Source: Gordius albopunctatus (lineage: Eukaryota). Taken from it: 64,000 bases of DNA. The notes under the pieces were generated by a model. The model was not told the DNA's origin. It searched no databases and saw only the letters and a program-made list of their open reading frames with translations. Each line of letters starts with the position of its first letter. Position 1 is the first letter of the stretch. This document shows positions 37,102 through 51,400 of the stretch, in pieces. Both the position numbers and the translations under genes were made by a program. The stretch lies in contig OZ193910.1 of NCBI GenBank assembly GCA_964276515.1, positions 2,170,001-2,234,000 on the forward strand, given 5' to 3'.

Positions 37102-39404
37102 ATGAACTTTCTCCAAATCAAACTAAAGACTTACACAACTTCATAATAAATAATTTTGTAATAGTCATAATGTGACACTATTTATTCCACAAATCACTAA
37201 TATAAATATTTATCTAAAATATTTAGGCATACCATGATCTTTTTTATTTGTTATAGCTTGTTTGTTATTTAATAATGACGATTGAATAAGTTGATTTTTT
37301 ATTTTTATGATCATCGTTAATATATCAATGTCAAGTCTTTGTCTGCTTCTTGCTTCACTACACACTCTGTACACTTTTTAAAACCACAAACTAATACAAT
37401 AAGATATTTTATGTCTCCTTGAATGTTTGAAACAACTTTTTATTACATTTTGAAAATCCTAATGATGTTGTTGCCCACCTGAATGCCTTTATACATACCT
37501 TAGTGTTTAATGTGAATAAAGATACATTCTTTAGTCATAATAAACTTGCAGATGTAATAGTTTATTTATTTTAATGTTGTCTAATATATTTTAAGTAATC
37601 TTTATAAATTATTTTGAAGAAAATGTGGGTAATCAGAACAAATTATCACTTATAGCGTACATTCACCTTCATTTACTAATGTTTATAAACACCGTAGTTG
37701 TTTAACTAAAATTGAATTGTTTTATATAACAGAGATAGCCTAGGTTTTCCTAACATGTTTATTAACCATTTACTAAATAAAATCTGCCTTGGAATTGAAT
37801 GATTTGTTATGAAATGCCGGTTTACTAAGTACTGAGCCTAAATTATTATTAGAGACGTCCATCTTGCATTGGTGAGAAAGTAAAAATGGTTGTTTTATCT
37901 TCATATTTTGATGGTGTAAGACATAAAATTTTCAGGTCTGCGGTTATACATTATTTTCTCTCTGTGTTAACCATGGGCGTAGCAGCGGGGGGGGGGGGCA
38001 GGGAGGGGCGAATGCCCCCTTCTAAATTCAAAAATTTAGTGAAATTTATTAAAATTCAAAAAAATGATTATTTTGCCCGCCCCCTAAACCATTTTTACCT
38101 TCCTTTAATTCCAATGCTTTTGTGTGTAAAGAAATAGATCGGTTGGAGGTTATAAAAATTTTGCTAATCTACTACAGTAATGCAAAAAATGTAAGTTTTT
38201 TTATATAGCGATTTGCATTGACTATTGATGCAAGTCGATCGAATTATTGCAAATTTTAGCCTTGTCACGCTATTTGCTACGAAGAAAAATAATTTTTGAT
38301 AGTTCCGTATATTTTAATAAGGCGAATTAACTCTATGAAAGATAGTTTTTTTAAAAACAAATTTTAAAATAAAATGAGGGTGGCGTATTTATTGAGTGTA
38401 TAAAAGATTTATATTATGAAGAGTAGTATTTCATCGTGTATAGTGGGTTGTTTGATAAAAAGAACTAGAGCACCACAATTTTTTAATAGCTTTTGATTGC
38501 TTATTATTTTATATGTTTTTCCAACTTTGTACGCATTTAAATTTCATTTAGTGTCTATATAATTTTTAAAATAATAACAAGGGTCTAAAAGAAAAAAAAA
38601 CAACCCCTAATGTGAATATTGATTATGACAGAGGAATTTACAATAAGCAATAAGATATTTTTAATTTTCCCAAAACCTCCAGATTTTCAGATAAATGGGG
38701 TTAAAGTTGTAAAAAATGGCTTAATAACTTTTTTGAAGCTAAATTCCCACTCGATTTTTTAATTTAATTTTGCAATAACTATATAATACTTTAGATCACT
38801 GATTAATCTACAGGGCTATAAAATTATTTTTTGAATCTTTTACTTTATAAATTTATTCGTGTTAACACCCTTCTCCTCCCCAAGAACTAACTTAATCAAT
38901 AAATATAGTTTTTCTTGAAATCGAATCACATAAGGAAATAGACAATACGTGATAAAATAAAAACACTGGTGATGTAATAATGGTACAACAATGGGGATTT
39001 TGGACGACACTGATATCGATCATAACAACAAATCACATGTTAAAAAATTAATGCTGTGCTGTCGTCGAAACGGAGCGAAATAAATACGTCGTATACAAAT
39101 AATATATGTCATCGTAAAATAATCGTGAAGTTTGGTGAGTGAAATTATGCGATGAGTATAAAATATTCAATACATTCTTTATAAATACTAATGTCCCAAA
39201 ATGCGCTAATATAAGTCTTTAAAATATAGTTACAAATAACTATAATTTTACAGTGGTATCCAAGGTTGGTGTAAAAAAGATTGTTTGGCTGGATTATTAC
39301 TTCATCATACACATATGCAAATATATTTATACGTGAGGGTAGTAAAATTTGGATAGTTTAAAATGCACTCGTAGTATATAATAAAATTAGGCTAAAAAAG
39401 AGAC

Positions 39405-42400
39405 TTAAAAATAATAAATAGATTGGATGAGCTTTGGGCTGTACAAAGAACTTTGGCCATTATTAGTGGGGGGCGTAGGGTTGGTGTGGGGCGGATTAGA
39501 GACACCGATAGCAGTGTTTGAGGAGGGAGAAGTGATGTGGTAGTCGCAACTCGGTCCGGATTGCGGTTTGAAAGAAATTTGGCTCGCGTTATGATTCAAA
39601 CCTCCTTCGTCTCGATTTAAAGGGGGGGACGACGAAGACGACATTTTAATACTGATCGTATCACTATTAGGTTGCCTCCCCGACACGGGGTCTCGCTGGT
39701 TGGGAAGGGGATCGATGTCGTTGCTATTTGATTCTTCATTTTGAACTTCCAGTACACTGGCGTGATCCATGTGAGACAAAAAACGCCGAGGGCCTAGCCC
39801 ATTGCTAGCCAATTTAAGGGGCAACATTTGATAGTTTAATCCTCCGTTGCATGGTGCAGCCGTCGCATCTGTGATGGCCAGGGCTTTGTCGGGGGTGGGG
39901 TGGCGAGATTTAGGATTTTGAGTTTTACTACCCGTAGGAGGAGCGCTGAAAAAACTGTGTCTACCCTGGGTTTGTGCGCCGCAGTTAGAAAGTGTGCTTT
40001 GATTGTTGGAAGCGGCAGCCTCGCGCCAATCTTGAAATTTTTTGAAGGAAAACGAAGATGAGGATCCCAAAAAGGAGGTGGAATGGTTGTGTCCGCCTCC
40101 ATTTTGCGACCCTTTCTTACAATTGCTATTACCACCATTTCCAACAACGAGTGGCCCGTTAGCTTCGGGCAGACCAGCCAAGCTAGTGGTCGAACTAAGG
40201 TGGAGGGGTAAGAGTTTGGAGTTGCCGGGACCGGATTTATGTGCGTTCTTTTTGCAAACGGGTACCAAGGGGGTCGGCAGTAATTCCAACTTCCTCTCAT
40301 TCAAAGCTGATATTAGGTGAGGAGGAAAGTTGGCACAATTATCCAAGGCTTCTTGCCCCAGTTGATTCAGCTTGGTCATACCCTTGGAAGAGTTGGAGGA
40401 GCCGTGTGGGGCGCTTGATGCTTTCAAGATGGCCGCTTCGTAAGAAGACGATTCGTAAGATTTGGACCTTCCGTGTTGGGCATTCGAGTTACAGCTTATA
40501 CCGAAACCCCCTTCGTTTGGATGCGGGTTAATATTAGCAGCAGTCTTTTGGGAAGGCAAATGGGTAGAATGCCTGCCCCTGTCATCCATAACTTCGGCCC
40601 AATAGCGTTGTATAGTGTTTTTTTGCGTTAGAATTAACTCCTGATCCGCCTTCAATCGTTCCTGATACGCGCATACAATATGTGAGTTAATATAAAGGCT
40701 CGAAGGATTTTAATTAAAAATAAAAAGATAATACTTATATAAAACAATTAATAAATCATAAAAATGATGCTAGTGTGTCGCTAAAATGATCTGCTGGGAT
40801 TTTTACGTATAATCTTAATTAATACAGCAAATTCGAAATTTAAGCAATAAAACGTCAATTTAAGTATTTATTAGTAAGAAAATATTAACTTGGTAATGTT
40901 AATATGAGATCTTTTGATTGAAAAATATTTCAAAGGTTGTGCATTTAAAAATATATTAAGCTAGAATTATCATATTTTTATAAGTAGGAATGTGGCGAAA
41001 TTACAAAAACAATCTTTAATGTCCATAAATATGATCACAAATCTTTATCTGACACTGGCCCTTGTTGGCTATTGTTTTTTATTTATATTATTTCATGCTC
41101 GTTTATTGTATATTTTATGTATCATTTATACCTAATAAAAGCTTTTAATTGAAATCCGTTGAAAGTTTATGCAATGAGAAGGGCAAAAAAGTACGTTCTT
41201 AAAAAGATTCGTAATGTTGAACCTCAGAAAACACTAAAGTCTTTTAAAGCTTTTATAATCAAGATAAAAGCAAAACAAAAAGGGATCTTTTATCAACATG
41301 GCTAGCCAAATTTCAACTTAATCATACTTTAAATAACCTAATTTTGAGAAGTCTAACTAAAATTATTAAAAAAATAATAATAATGTTATCACTCTTAAAG
41401 CCATCAATTGCTCAGTTTGCGCTTGAACGTAACGTTTTTCAGCTTGGATCGCGGCTTTTTCAGCCTCGCATTCCCTTTTTAGAGCTTCTTTCTCCTTGGA
41501 AACAGTTTCCTGCAAATTTCTCAACTCTTCCAATTGCTGGTTGTGCCACATTTGAGATTTCCTATCCGTTTTTTCACTTTCGTATCGATTCACCCGGCCG
41601 TGCAAATCCGCATTTTCTGCCAACAGCCTAGCCTGACCCGTCAATTCTTGATTAACTATGCCCTGGACAATGCAAAAGTTCATATACTGTGCGCTGCTTA
41701 TCATAAAATATAACACGGGCGGAGCTGGGGTTGCAATTAGAGGGAGGGAGAGCAATAATGATTTCGGGAAGGGCAAAATAATTATTTTTTGAAATTTCAG
41801 CCATAATTTTACAATAAATTTCAACAAATTTTTGGATTTAGAAGGGGGGGTGGCAGCCGCCCCTCCCTGCCCCCTGGTTAGTGCTTTAAGTCCACCTTTA
41901 TTAGAAAAATAGGCGGTCCTGCGATAAAAGCTCAAAATACACAATTTTTTGTCATTACACGAGTACAGTTTTAAAGGCACGATAAATATATTTTCTTCTC
42001 ATTTAATCTTTAAAAAACGCAAAATACAAGAAAAGATGTGTTTTTTTTGAAAATTTAGAAATTTTTAGTACCAATATATAATTGAAGCTTTGAATGGTTT
42101 TGACTCTGAATGTTGTATCATCGTCTGTGTTGGTATGGTAGAACGCGGCGTGAGGATCAGTTTGGTCTTTGAATGCCCGATTGAATGGAAGATTAAATTG
42201 GCTGGCATGAGCTGATGAGATGGGCAGCGAAATTTGAGAAGTCTTGAAGAACGTTTATAATAAAATTGTAATTTTATTAGCAATAAATGCATTTTAACCT
42301 AATAAATTACACATAAAACGCCTGCTGGAAATGTAAAAATTATCAATAATTTTAAAAACTTAAAATCGAAGAAGGTAGGGGAAAAAAGGCAAGCTAGAAG

Positions 42401-45400
42401 CACTCCTCTAAACGAGTTATTTCAAGCATCTTAAAATTAAAGGTACGCGCGTGAATCCGATGAAGGAGCTGAGAGATTTTTACACGATATAAATTTAAAG
42501 CTTTTTACAGAAACGAGGGACATAAGGGCGTAAAAAAAGTTTTTGTAGAGACTGAGATACAAATTTGTCGCGAAATCATTGTCCAACAAAACTATTGCAC
42601 TAATTTCACTGCGCTACCTAGTTTATACAAACTAATGTTTAATTCATAATTGTTCGCTAATTCAAAATGGGGGAGAACAGAGAGACAAAAAAGTCCAAAA
42701 TCGATTTTGAATGATTTGAAATCCAAATTTTGCAACTCCTCAAACCTTGGAAGAATCGCTAAGGGGTATGCTGCTACAAGATGTGGTCGATGTTGAGTAG
42801 CTAGAGGAATCTAATGCAATCGTTGGACCACCGCTGTTCATGGGTGCCCCGGGCTCTGAATTATTTGGTAAATTTGTGCTTTTTTTGCTAATTTTCAAAG
42901 ATTTCAACAAGTAATTTCTAGCTCCGGGCGCTGTTAGGATCGGTTGAGAGGGTTGTAGCAGGTGTGGGGGGCAATCGTTCGGAGGGGTTAGTTGTGTATC
43001 GAAACCAGAAAATGTTTCGGCTCTCTTAAATTGACCCGCTCCAACCTGTGGTGCGTTTGTTAGCGTTTAGAATTATTGACTCAAAGATATTTTGGTATAT
43101 TCTATATTTAATAAAGATTTTTTATGTGTGCTATATAGTTTGGACAAAAATTAGTTTTATGCAATGATACGAGACCTGGTCGTTGAATTTCATTAAAAAC
43201 TAACGAATTGGGCAAGACGCAGTAGCTAAGGTTTTTCTTCTAAAATAGGCGCCCATAAATTGCATAGGCGCCAATTAAGTTGAGGAACTCAATAAACGCG
43301 AGTTAGAGTGAATTACATTTGTGAACGGGGCTAAAATCCTACATAGGCACATTCCTAATTCCCTTATTATTAAAATTAATCCTCACTTTTATTCAATTTA
43401 TTTTAAATTTTCTTGGATCTCAAAATTTGTTTAAATTAGATGAACAAAAACAAGTATCAAAAAACATTTTGAAGGAAGTAGTCACAAAACGCTTGTTTCT
43501 TTAATAGTCGGGAGAACTAGCTTGTAAATAAAACAAATCGACATATAACTGGAAAAAAAAGTAGTTCACAAACCTGATTTTCGCTTAGCGAACTGTGAGG
43601 CCAAAACGACTGAGTTGTGCCTGGAGCCAAGGCCAAGGGGTTTGCTAAATACCAAGCGGACCCATCTCGCCTATGATCTAGCACGTTACTAACGCTGCGA
43701 TTTAAACTGATGGCGTGCACGGGGGCATTTTGTAGCGAAGATTTGTACACTACGATATAGAAAACATAAAATAAATTAATGATGTTATTTTTGATAAATA
43801 TGAGACCTAAAAGGCAGATTTGATATAAATATATGATATTTTTTATTATTATTGGGGGAAAGGGAAAATATAGAATCCTAAAATTCCCCAAATATACGCG
43901 AAATTTATGTCTGAAATGAATACCATGGTTAAAAAAACAATATAAACCTATTTATAATGTAATCGATTAGAGTGTAAAGCTTATTTTTCGTTTATTTATG
44001 TCAGCCAAAAAAATGAAGAAAATCGAAAATATATGTATTTCATATTTTGGTTTTTTATTGATTAAATCTAAACCGAAATAGGAAATAAAAGTTAAAATTT
44101 AACTATTTTAACGAGATAACGCTATATAACCATTATGATAATTTAAAAGAATAATAAATATCTCTTTAATTATTAAAACTCAATCATCTTATCAAAATCA
44201 TCTTCATGTAAGCTATACAAAATTAAACATTATATCAATAAATTTGCCGAGATATTGCAACAAGCACACCATAACTAAAAAAATTTTAAGCTTACGTTCG
44301 ACGAGTAGCGTTTCTAAAAATTCTTTGAGTTGCAGCAAACCAGAAGGTTGAAGGTCGTGCTTAGAACTTCGAGGTACTGGCAAATGCCACGTTAGATTCT
44401 CTAAAACGCTAACTTCTAGAGATTGTCTTTTAGAAGATTCCGTTTCTGGAGAGGAGCCCATTGATTTTTGCGAAGCAATTTCTATGAAAGAAGTCGATTG
44501 AGACAATGTAATTTGCTGTTCGGAGGTTAGCTGAGGAGTTGAAGCAAAATTTTCATTTGTTTGGCTTCGGGGGGTGCCTTTGTGTAAGCAATCCAGAAGC
44601 GTGGATAATATTCCGTTTTTTTGCATCAACATAGCCTTTATGTCCGCGTCTTTCTTCTCGGCTTCTCCTTGAAAAATTGAGAATTTTTCCGTGAAAAACT
44701 TAAATAAGGTAATATAACTAAGGTTTCAGTGCTTTTAAATGAAAATATTTACTCAAATTTTCTTTTAAGCTTGCAAAAATTTAGTATTTTAACATATTAA
44801 TACAATATTGTCTACATTTGTAACTCTATTGAACATCTAAAGTAGTAAATTAAAAATTGCAAATATAGAATTGTAAAAATAATGTTATATTTTATCTGGG
44901 AGAATGGTTTAAAATGTTACCGAGCAGCTTTTGGACTTGTGCATATTTTTCGTTCATTTTTTTGATATCTTCGTCAATTTGTGAAGCTTGTTTCGTAACT
45001 ATTGAAGACATTAAAGACACAAAGATAAAAGCTGTTTTTTTGCAAATATAAATCTCGTTGTATCATTATCACTCTTAATCAATGAACCCAAAATATTTCA
45101 GCTAGATATTAAAAAATACAGCACGTTAATTACAGTTATATTAAGCTAAGTGATTATAATGTTGGTTTAATAAATCGTCTAAATTAATAAAAAAGATTAA
45201 AAATTATTAGCCCAAAATAAATGTAAAGGAAGGGGGCAGTTTTTAAAATTTTTTAGATTTTAATAATTAAAATAATAAATTTCTTCGATTTTTTTCGCTG
45301 TTTTCACAGTTAATACAATCAATATTTTGAGATCAAAGAAAGCAAATACCATGTAAAGCTTAGATTAGATATTACACGCAAATAATAAATTAAAATTTAA

Positions 45401-48400
45401 AAATTGCATCAAGACCAAATCATCTTAAGGCGTCTGCCGGGCCGGCTCAAAACTTAAAATTCAAGACTAGCGCCAGACCGACCAGCGGGTTCTGGCCTCC
45501 AATTGAAACAAACCTAACCGTCGTCAAAACCGAGTAAAAAACTAGGCTTTTTCCCAAATAGTTCCCGCAAAACAAGGGTTTTAGGGCAAAAAATAAGCTA
45601 AAAAACGGACTTTCGTTTTCGTTGATGTGCTTGATAGAGGCTTGGGATATGGCTTTTCGCAGGGCTAGTAACCATTGACCCTTTACTTTGGCATTCTCGC
45701 AGGCGACTTCATACATTTCGGGAGCGCTGGGCTGGCAATTTATGATGTAAAAGGCTGTGGAATCTCCCGCCTTTTCTCGTACCAACAATTTTTTGAGGCC
45801 CAGAACTGCCGACTTTTGCAGAGAAAAGGCATAAAATATTACGATTGAATCGATATGTTTTTTACTTTTCAATAATTTTTATATAATGGTACAACATAAA
45901 AATTTTTAGATTTATGTAACAAAACAAAAAGTTGACATGACAAACCAACGTGACATTATTGTTTGCGAGGGTGAGCCCGTATATTTCATACGACAATCAA
46001 TATTGATGCTTAGAAATGCACTAAATTAGACAGTCTAACAATTTCTGAACTTCAAAATGAGATAAAATTACTCTATTTAAAAATTAGTTAATTACCAAGT
46101 TTTTGGTGTTAGCTGAAAAATATTTCTCATAAATCTAAGCGTCAATTACAAAAATTATGGATTGACGTTATAATAAATATTTTATTGCAATAACAAGTAA
46201 ATTATTGCATCTACCTTTCATTAACAGGTTTTGACTACAGTTTTTAATCGTTGTTTTTCATTTAATTTTATCCAATAATTTTTTAATTAATTCTTCTTAG
46301 TCGAAATTAGCGCTTTATACCGATAGGAACCTGGTTCAAATTTTGGAAAACCCAAATTAAGCCATCAATCTTACCCTAAATAGAATCAACAAAATATACA
46401 CGAGATTCTTGTCAATCTCGTTATTTTCCACAATACAGAGTGATTTTCAACTAAGCAACAATTGGGGATTAAGATTTGGAACGATGAGCCTAATCCAAAA
46501 AATTATTTAAATTTATGGCTAAAATTTCAAAAAATGTTCATTGTGCCCCTCCCTAGATCATTATTGCCTCACCCCCTTTAATTTCAATGCTGGCTACACC
46601 CATTCTCCTAATCACTTTTCAGCTTTAGCGAAACGTGAAAAATTGCAAAGTTTTCTCTCTCGAAAGCAACGAGGGATTACCATATTATCAGCATTGGCGA
46701 AAGCGTATTTGCCTCCGCTCTCCTGCAAAAAAACGATGAGATCCGTCAGGATCAGCGCGTGAACTTCGCAAGATTGCCTATTTTTAGCTACCCCACTCAG
46801 CCCGGCATAGGTCAGCTCTAACGGGTTAGTTCCTTCGAAAAGTAGCCGTCTTCTCGCTTTGGTACCCTGGCTGGTTTCTTCGAAATTTTCCGACTCTCTG
46901 CTTGCACTGGCCGATACCAGAAGGTCCCCTTTCTAAACAGAGCGATATATTTATTCATCCGTATAAAATGTTATCTTGAAAAATATTCTTCCCGCAATTA
47001 TCTGAAAAGAGCGGTTGTTTTTCAAGCGTTTTTCGCTAAATTGTCGCAAAAATTCGATGGAAAACGAGAGAATTGTTATTAAACAGCGGATAAACCTCTC
47101 TATGAGAGACTCAAAAATAAACTTCTTTTCCATTTAGTCAACCTATCTATCTACTATTGGTCCTCCGGGGCTGGCAATTTAGTTACAATTTACAGAATTG
47201 GACCGGACAGGGTTGGGGCTGAATTTACGAGAATAATTTCAACAAAAAAGCTTATCCAAAACAAAAAATTTTAAGGTATGTAAAAGGCGAGGCGAACATT
47301 TATCCTGACAGTCATAATAGAATTACCCCAAAGCGCTGGCCTTCATAAATGGCGTACGATTTCGCTTCTATCCTGGCGCATATAAAGGAAAGGCGTTGCT
47401 CAAGTTCCTTCAAATTAATTTGTTCATCAACGTGCGTTAAGACCGATTTAAGACCGTCCAAAGCTTTTGTAACTAGCTCGTCATCGGGCGAAAAAATCTT
47501 TTTACCTTTGCAAACAAAATCCAAAAAGCCATGTTATTCAGTAAATATGAACACTGGTTATTTAAAGAGATCATAATAATTTTAAAACTCAGGACTAATA
47601 GGCTGACCAACAGCTGCTAATTATTAAGTAAGGATTTTAGGCAACCATCTTTGAGAGATAGAATGATAACAACTAAGCGATATTCTATTTGTTATATCTA
47701 AGAAGATGTTAGGTTCTCATTACTCTTTTTCCCCTAATTTATAAATGTATTAGTGCGGACGTTGAAAAAAAAGGTCATTCAAAATGGCGGAGTAAGTTTT
47801 AGCTGTCCACCAACCCATTGTATTATTAGGCTTTAGGTAAACGTAGCTTCCGCGTGCTTAACACAGTTCTATTGGTTCCCTTAACTAAAGAAAACCCGTC
47901 TCGAGAATACGATTCGCAAATTAAAATCTTAACTTAGAAACGAAAAGATGGTGTAAAATGTATTGATCCAGTAAAAATTATGATTTTAAAATAGTAGCCA
48001 GATTACACCGAGTTCTGTGTTGTACATCACCATTATAATAGTTTAGAGTGGGATGCGCTTCCCTCGTGTAAAGTCCCTTTTTTATTGATTCCCTCCCCTT
48101 TGGTCCTAAATCATCTTAGATAAAATCACGATAGGGCGAGCGTTGTAAATGTTATACAGAGCACAGCACACGGCGTAGCCAAGGGGGTGAGGGGGGGGCA
48201 GAGAGGGGCTACTGGCCCCCTCAAAATCCAAAAATGTATAAAAAGTATGGCTAAAATTTGAAAAAATGAGCATTTTGCCCCCCAAATCATTATACCCTAA
48301 CCCATGATAACATCTAGCAAACAGTCAGTAGGCATAGTAAGCACATATATATATCTAATGGCGAATCCGAGTCTCCGTGACAAAAGCATCTACTAGTGGT

Positions 48401-51400
48401 CGGTTTGCACGAAGAAAAGGAGACTATCGATGTGGGTTCGGCTCATTTCCGCAAACCTGGGGCGCCAAACTTCGCCGGGCACATAAAGTATTTTACGTGG
48501 TTTGAATTACTTTTATTAGCTTTGATGATGGATTCGATGAATATGGGATATTTGGTTATCCTTTGCGTCACGGCCAAAATACATTCGGGTATACTCTTTC
48601 TTCGGCACAGGGGATGCAAAAGGGCATCCTATAGGCATAAAAAATAAAAATTATCAATAAATTTATTTTAAAAACAAGTAATATTATTTTATGATATACC
48701 AAAAAGTGTAAAATCAACGGGTAAAATGAATGTTTCGTACTCGCATGAAACCTTGCACGTTCTTATCGGATTTCACCAAATTTTTGTAAGTTGCGATGGC
48801 CGTCTTATGCTTGGAACAGAAGATTCCATACTCCCTTTTCATAGTATCCCCGTTGGTACCCGTAAACTGGGCAAACGCACATAAAACGATAACAAATTTG
48901 TGATAAAATACTTTTTTTTCGTTGTTGTAAAAAACTCAAATAAAGGCTTCGCTTTAAAATCTAACAAGATCTAAATATACAACTAAATAATTGAATTTAA
49001 TAGTAAGGTATTAAAATGTACTCATTAAGGTGCCATCCATTATCTACGAAATATGGGGCTATTTATGGTCGGGTATTAAAAATGTATTCATTAGTAAATT
49101 TCAACTTGAAAACGCAATGATAAATGTTTAATGAAAATCATCACTTTTGCTTAGTTTAAAACATTGGTGAAAAACTATAAGATGAATTAGCAAGCATTTT
49201 TTAAATCCGATATAATACTAGATTTAATATATCAAGATTTAAAAGAAAAATTATTTTAAAATTTGAATTCAAAACTCATTTTCCGACATCAAAAATAGGG
49301 GTGAAAAACACTAAATACAATCTTGAGGTTTGTTAAAATCGGTTAAAAATAAGTAAGAGCGCTTGTTTAGAGCGTAAAAATAAAGGCTCAATCCATACTT
49401 GCTCCACCAAAATATCCCCGATCGCCGCCACTATTGGCGCTTTAAGTTGACGCTCCTTCAAATTTTGGTAAAACGCCGCGTGAAGAGCGTAAAGATTGGA
49501 TATTCTCGGGAATATCAAATTTACCATGGTTTGATCAACACCCAACGTATTGCTCAAGGCATAACTATAGATCTAGGGTATAAAATTTTAAATTTTATAT
49601 TAAATAGATTCATATATCCAAAAATTTGTTGAAATTTATTAAAATTATGGCGCTAAAATTTCAAAAAATGATCATTTTGCCGATCCCTAAATCATTATTG
49701 GCGCACCCCCCTCTAATTGCAATGCCGGCTACGCCCATGAATTGATATGTAGTATTAAAATCTGAGCTATCTTATACATTTTTGACTCCTATAAATTATT
49801 CAAAATTTAGCCCCCCCCCCTGAATTTATGATGCCTACAATTTTTGTTGTAAAAACGGATTTGTCCGCGCCTACTCGGGTAAAACCGGAGGTCGACAAAC
49901 AATTTTACGATCAAAGCTGGAGAGATCTGTAAAGGCTATATTATTAAGAAATGTGAATCAAACACCATTGGTAAACCCTTCTGAAACTTAACTTAAACTA
50001 AAGGTTTCAAGGGAATATGACATCATAGTTAGCCCGGGGAAACTAGAGTGGGACAGAAAATCAACAGTTTGTCAAATAAGTTGGAAAAAGCTTGACAAAA
50101 TGAACTCTCAAATAGTTCGATCTCACCTTTTTTTATTTTAGTTACTACTATTTTGTTTATTAATTGCTATATATAGTAAATCCATATGATATTTTTATGC
50201 CATGCAATAGAATTTAGCTTAACTAAAATTTAAGCGAAGCAATCAAACTACCTAAAGCCTCTACACTAATTAAAGTAATAAGTGTTTTTAAACCCAGTTT
50301 TCATAGTATCTGCGATAGAAGACAGTGAAAAGCTGTGGAAAAAAACGATACAGGCAGACTGGGTAAATTAAAATAAAATAATTGGTTTTTTTAGAAAATA
50401 GATGTTTTTCGTGTTTACTTTCATAATTATGGATAGGGTTTGAACGTGAAGTTTTTCCGTGAGTATGAGTTCGTGGATGATGTCCTGCTTTTTTATTTCT
50501 TTAGACGTCAGCTCTTTGGTTACCTGCACAATTATTAAAAAATTTAAAAAATTTATTTAGTTAGATTTAATAAAAAATATGACTCTCAACCCCATCTCGT
50601 AAAAATAATAGAAATTACGGTGTTTTGATATTAAATGCATCCTTAATCATGATTTTAAAATTTACATTGTCGAAAATAAGCAAACTTTAACTTGACAGTT
50701 ATGAATTACTAAATTTCAAACCGAAATGTAAAATTAAGTTTAAACAAACCTCAACTAATAAATAACGAATTATTAAATGTGAAATTTAAAATCACACACC
50801 TTTTTTTCATTCCTAACGGTGGTCCAATCATCGTTGTTGGCGGGGTTTTGACCGTCAAAATTTAAAAACACATCTCGCGCCACACCAGGGAAATCCGCTA
50901 TTCCACCCTGGTGCTTCGAACCGGCACTTGATAGGTCGACGATGGGCGAATCGCGAGGCGGTTGGACGTCTTCTCGAGCCTGAATGGACGACGACAACAA
51001 CGATTCGGAGTCATGTGACAGGGAAACGGGAGCCAATGAGCTGACCGGAGTGGCTATGACGCCATCAATGACGTCGCACATTTTTGAATTCAAATTCGAA
51101 GCTGTTGCCGCACTTTCGTCCCGATCCTCAATTTTATCCGCGCATATTGGCGCCAAATTATTCCTTGCGTCAAGAATATCACAGGAAATCAATATTAAAA
51201 GTTGAATTCTGAATTTAAGATCGCGTCAAAATTTATGAAAAAAACAACAACTTAAAAGACATAAATCATCGGTTAATTCGAATTTGAGGGAAAATGTTGT
51301 TTTTCAATTTCCTGATCGTGGGCCGTAAGCTTTTTAATAAATATGGAAGGAATTAGGGTGATTTAGAAAATCGAGATATTAATAAATGGGCAAAGGCCCG

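Noticed and set aside
42205..42250. CTGATGA...GAAA hammerhead-like core
   Set aside because: Stems I and II do not pair; it lies antisense to a probable RhoGEF exon.
46086..46110. Resemblance to nematode SL1 leader (GTTAATTACCAAGTTT)
   Set aside because: Gapped AT-rich match in an intron, single copy, no SL RNA stem-loops.
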